Program-made: the position numbers and the translations under genes
Notes under the pieces: generated by a model
Database searches by the model: none
What the model saw: the letters and a program-made list of their open reading frames with translations, nothing else
What the model was told of the DNA's origin: nothing
In this document: piece by piece, positions 61,281-64,000 of the stretch
How positions within the stretch are numbered: the first letter of the stretch is position 1
Layout: every line of letters begins with the position of its first letter
Assembly: GCA_964435795.1 (NCBI GenBank)
Contig: CAYTAT010000001.1
Coordinates: 166,153-230,152, forward strand
Direction: 5' to 3'
Source of the DNA: an uncultured Spirochaetaceae bacterium
GTDB taxonomy: Bacteria > Myxococcota_A > UBA9160 > UBA4427
Length of the DNA: 64,000 bases

Positions 61281-61700
61281 TCATCCATCCCTCTGGGATA
61301 ACAGTTCGCTCATTTCGATGAGCCGGGCATCCGATAGGGCGGCCGTTCGGATCGGAGAGATCGACTGGTATTCGGGATCTGCGAGCATGCTGATGAATTC
61401 TTCGCGCGTGGGATAACGCACGAGGATCGTGAGATCCCAGGCCTCGCCCTCCATTCCGATCACGACATCATGGGGTCTTCCCATCCAGATGGCCTCCCCC
61501 CCGAACCTGGGATGCAGCTTGGCAAAGCGTCGCCCGTACTCCCGGTACGCCTCTTCTCCGCTCATGCCGTCGACGCCATATCCGGACTCTGCCCGGCTTC
61601 GATAGCGCAGGAGATTCAGCATGACGATGGGTTCATCCCCTGAGCGTGCTGCCAGATCCTGGAGCTTTTCGGGGCTCGGGTTGACGGGCATGGAGATCAC
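61281..61700 (-). CDS. DUF1330-like small alpha/beta (dimeric ferredoxin-like) protein
   Basis: IVMLNLLRY..., EYGRRFAKLHPRFGGEAIW..., LVRYPTREEFISMLADPEYQ...R matches the DUF1330 pattern as I remember it. Confidence 0.65.
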   Translation of the reverse strand: MISMPVNPSPEKLQDLAARSGDEPIVMLNLLRYRSRAESGYGVDGMSGEEAYREYGRRFAKLHPRFGGEAIWMGRPHDVVIGMEGEAWDLTILVRYPTREEFISMLADPEYQSISPIRTAALSDARLIEMSELLSQRDG

Positions 61701-61867
61701 TCCTCCTCGTCGGTTTCCGGATCGGGGCGGCTGAGTCTTCCTGAAAGAATATCGTAGAAGCTTTCATCTTCTATTTCTATGTGGCGGATGTTTCGGGGCT
61801 CGAGGCGTCTGGCAGCCCGGTCGCGCGGGCGAGCCTCGGGCTCGGCGTCGCGCATGGGCCCCGGCTG

Positions 61868-62905
61868 CTAGCGAATCCCGGGGGTCTCCGATCCTTGCAG
61901 GATTTCCCTGCTGAAGGTCTCCAGGATGCTCCAGGCTCGCTCCAGGGGGATGCCCCCGGCGAGCGGATGCAAAACGGCATGGGAGGGTTCGCCCCGCGCC
62001 AGGCGGCTTCTCGCCTCGTCGGCTGTCAGGATCTCGAATCGCTTCTGTCGCCTGAGATCTTCGATCGTATCCACATCCTCTTCCGAGGGTCGCGGGACTC
62101 CCTCCTGCCGCCAGCTGCTGTATTCCTTGAGTTCCCGGAGAAAGTAGGGGGCGAGTTCCTTCCAACTGGATTCGGGATCCGCATCGACGATCCACATGCT
62201 ATTTCCATCCCCTGCGTCGAGATAGAAGCCCGTCTTTCCGCATCGCTTCAGCTCCGACTCATAGAGGGCGCGCAGATCCGGCCGCGCGGTGGGAGGAAAG
62301 AAGGGAATGCCGAAGCGCGCCGCCCGTCGAGCGGCAACGGGACTCATTCCGCCGATCAGGAAGATGGGATGGGGCCGTGTCATCGGCGTCGGAGTGACGC
62401 GAACGGGCTTTCCCCGGTAGAGGAATTCCTCCCCCTTCCAGGCTTCGAGGAGGGTCTCGATGCACTCGTCCATCAGGCGTCCCCGATCTTCCCAGCGCAG
62501 ACCCATGGCATGGTATTCGACGGGTCGATAGCCCAGGCCGGCTACGAAACTGAAACGCCCCCCGCTCACGAGATCCAGAATCGCGATTTCTTCGGCCAGC
62601 CGTATCGGGTGATAGAGCGTGACGAGAAGCGCGGCGACGTTGACCCGGATCGTCTTCGTGCGGGCGATGATCATCGCCGCCAGGGTGAGGGGTGCGGGCA
62701 GCCAGCCATTCCGCGCGCAATGATGTTCTTCCAGGTTGACGCTATAGAAGCCCTGGTTCTCGGCGAAAACGGCCATTTCTATGGCCGCCCGATAACGCTC
62801 CGCTTCATGCGCCGGATCCTCGCGCAATCCCGTCATATTCAGACGTAAAGTGGCCTGCACTGCCAATGCCTTGTCTGACCTCCCTTGAGTCTCCGGGGCC
62901 ACCAT
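61868..62905 (-). CDS. Luciferase-like (LLM class) flavin-dependent monooxygenase/oxidoreductase
   Basis: NLEEHH, LDLVSGGRFSFVAGLGY and IFLIGGMSP, with a TIM-barrel LLM pattern. The start was placed at ATG 62905. The ORF is open further upstream across a repeat region that looks non-coding. Confidence 0.85.
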   Translation of the reverse strand: MVAPETQGRSDKALAVQATLRLNMTGLREDPAHEAERYRAAIEMAVFAENQGFYSVNLEEHHCARNGWLPAPLTLAAMIIARTKTIRVNVAALLVTLYHPIRLAEEIAILDLVSGGRFSFVAGLGYRPVEYHAMGLRWEDRGRLMDECIETLLEAWKGEEFLYRGKPVRVTPTPMTRPHPIFLIGGMSPVAARRAARFGIPFFPPTARPDLRALYESELKRCGKTGFYLDAGDGNSMWIVDADPESSWKELAPYFLRELKEYSSWRQEGVPRPSEEDVDTIEDLRRQKRFEILTADEARSRLARGEPSHAVLHPLAGGIPLERAWSILETFSREILQGSETPGIR

Positions 62906-63006
62906 TTTGCAGCCAATTTTCCGGGGATCTGGACCCGGTCGATGCGTGAATCGCGCAGGGTCGCGCATGGAATGGTGCGAAATCTTCGGGCCGCCCCGAC
63001 CGCCGC

Positions 63007-63081
63007 CCGTCCGCGAGATGAATCTTGCAGATCTGGAAGTCGAGCGCCGTCCGCGAGATGAATCTTGCAGATCTGGAAGTC
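63007..63081. repeat. Perfect 35-bp direct repeat (period 40 bp), each copy containing the palindrome CAGATCTG
   Basis: CCGTCCGCGAGATGAATCTTGCAGATCTGGAAGTC occurs at 63007-63041 and again at 63047-63081. A third AGATCT-centred palindrome, GAGATCTC, lies at 63087-63094. Confidence 0.9.
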
Positions 63082-63196
63082 TGTCGGAGATCTCGATCGC
63101 CATGCTAGCGTGTCGGCTGACGCGTGGACGGACTTCGGACGTATTCTCCCGGCTCCAGCAGGATTCCGGCGGGGCGCCGGCGGGGAGGAGAAGGCA

Positions 63197-63571
63197 GTGG
63201 AAAAGCGCCCCTATTTCGTGATGGGCGATCTGATCGCGAATCTCTCTGCGGGGGCACTCGTGGGTGCCATCGCGGTGCAATCCATGGGTCCTTCGTGGAA
63301 TATGTGGATCTCGATGTGCGTGGGGATGGTGGCGGGGATGCTTCTCTCGATGCTCGTTGCATTCCCGGCGATGGCACTCTTTGGCGCGATGGAAGTCATG
63401 CTTCCCGTCATGTTGACGGGAATGGTAGCGGGAATGGTGGTCTCGATGATGGCGGCCATGGATAGCCTTCCCATCGCCCGTGGAGTCGTATGGGGCGCAG
63501 TCTGCGGCGTTCTGACCCTGGCGGCATGCTACCTGGCGAATGCGTGGATCGGGAAAAGGGGGATTTCCTGA
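63197..63571 (+). CDS. Small methionine-rich polytopic membrane protein, unknown function
   Basis: GTG 63197 follows GGGGAGGAGAAGG (alternative ATG 63221). It has 3-4 TM helices with about 20 Met (GMVAGMLLSMLVAFPAMALFGAMEVMLPVMLTGMVAGMVVSMMAAM). Its stop overlaps the next ATG. Confidence 0.55.
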   Translation: MEKRPYFVMGDLIANLSAGALVGAIAVQSMGPSWNMWISMCVGMVAGMLLSMLVAFPAMALFGAMEVMLPVMLTGMVAGMVVSMMAAMDSLPIARGVVWGAVCGVLTLAACYLANAWIGKRGIS

Positions 63572-64000
63572 TGGATGCGATCACGCGTGCAAAATGGGAT
63601 CGGGCTTCGCGAAACTTCGATCTGATGGCGGGCTATGGCCCCGAGAAGCGCTGGGAGCCCTTCAAGCGCGCGCTCTTTTCGAAAATGGGAAGCGGCAGGA
63701 TTCTCTTTCTCGCCGTAGGAACGGGGCTCGATATTCCCTTTTTTCCGCCCGGCCGGGACATCCTTGGCATCGATATCAGCGAAAAGATGCTGGAGAAGGC
63801 GCGACCCCGGGCGGATACCTACGAGGGCGATCTCGAATTGCAGGCGATGGATGTCCACGATATGCAATTCGATGCCGGATCCTTCGAGCAGGTCTTTACC
63901 TCCTGTACCTTCTGCTCCGTCCCGCGTCCGGTCGAAGGCCTTCGGGCCTTGCACCGCGTCCTCGAACCCGGCGGAGAACTGCATATGTTCGAACATACGG
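63571..64000 (+). CDS. Class I SAM-dependent methyltransferase (Methyltransf_11-like), 3' end cut by the window edge
   Basis: My own translation is MDAITRAKWDRASRNFDLMAGYGPEKRW...ILFLAVGTGLDIPFF...ILGIDISEKMLEKAR...LEPGGELHMFEH, with motif I and post-I present. It is not in the ORF track because it runs off the window. Confidence 0.8.
   Translation, partial: MDAITRAKWDRASRNFDLMAGYGPEKRWEPFKRALFSKMGSGRILFLAVGTGLDIPFFPPGRDILGIDISEKMLEKARPRADTYEGDLELQAMDVHDMQFDAGSFEQVFTSCTFCSVPRPVEGLRALHRVLEPGGELHMFEHT

Overview
This 64 kb window reads as a chromosomal segment from a high-GC (about 60%+ by eye) diderm bacterium. Lineage markers are a single-chain large PurL, an E. coli-type TopA with a lysine-rich tail, EttA, a LolC/E-type permease, an HpnN-like MMPL transporter and a sigma-54 activator. 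I cannot place the lineage more precisely. About 47 protein genes are supported and tightly packed, and several pairs are translationally coupled by ATGA or TGATG overlaps. I found no rRNA, tRNA, CRISPR array, transposase, integrase, phage gene or recognisable defence system.

Gene content:
- Housekeeping: purB, purL, topA, psd, ettA, lhr, gloA and a diadenylate cyclase.
- Lipid, terpenoid or xenobiotic oxidation and acyl-CoA metabolism: 2,4-dienoyl-CoA reductase-like, PhyH, fatty-acid hydroxylase, two carboxyltransferases, an unusually large biotin carboxylase-BCCP fusion, crotonase, GMC oxidoreductase, HMG-CoA-lyase-like, P450, TauD, SDR and LLM monooxygenase.
- Envelope: an operon of a gluzincin, an outer-membrane barrel and an Sco-type protein.

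I did not find one clear-cut new multi-gene system. The most unusual signals are small-scale:
1. A phased array of about 8-9 degenerate 14-bp units in an AT-rich intergenic island (38861-38987).
2. A 77-codon arginine-rich pentapeptide-repeat micro-ORF with a strong SD, coupled to a crotonase gene (39605-39838).
3. Two nearly identical sigma-54-type -24/-12 motifs (GGCACGRAAGTCGC) upstream of two minus-strand genes, with a sigma-54 activator and kinase pair in the window.
4. A perfect 35-bp direct repeat carrying AGATCT-centred palindromes in a divergent promoter region (63007-63094).
5. A 15-bp tandem repeat between convergent genes (60163-60250).
6. Unusual fusions: CdaA-TM-YbbR, a LolE-like permease with a 172-aa polytopic extension, and a split 915-aa BC-BCCP plus 595-aa CT carboxylase.

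All calls come from reading the ORF translations and the DNA. No database search was run, so family names are motif-level recognitions.
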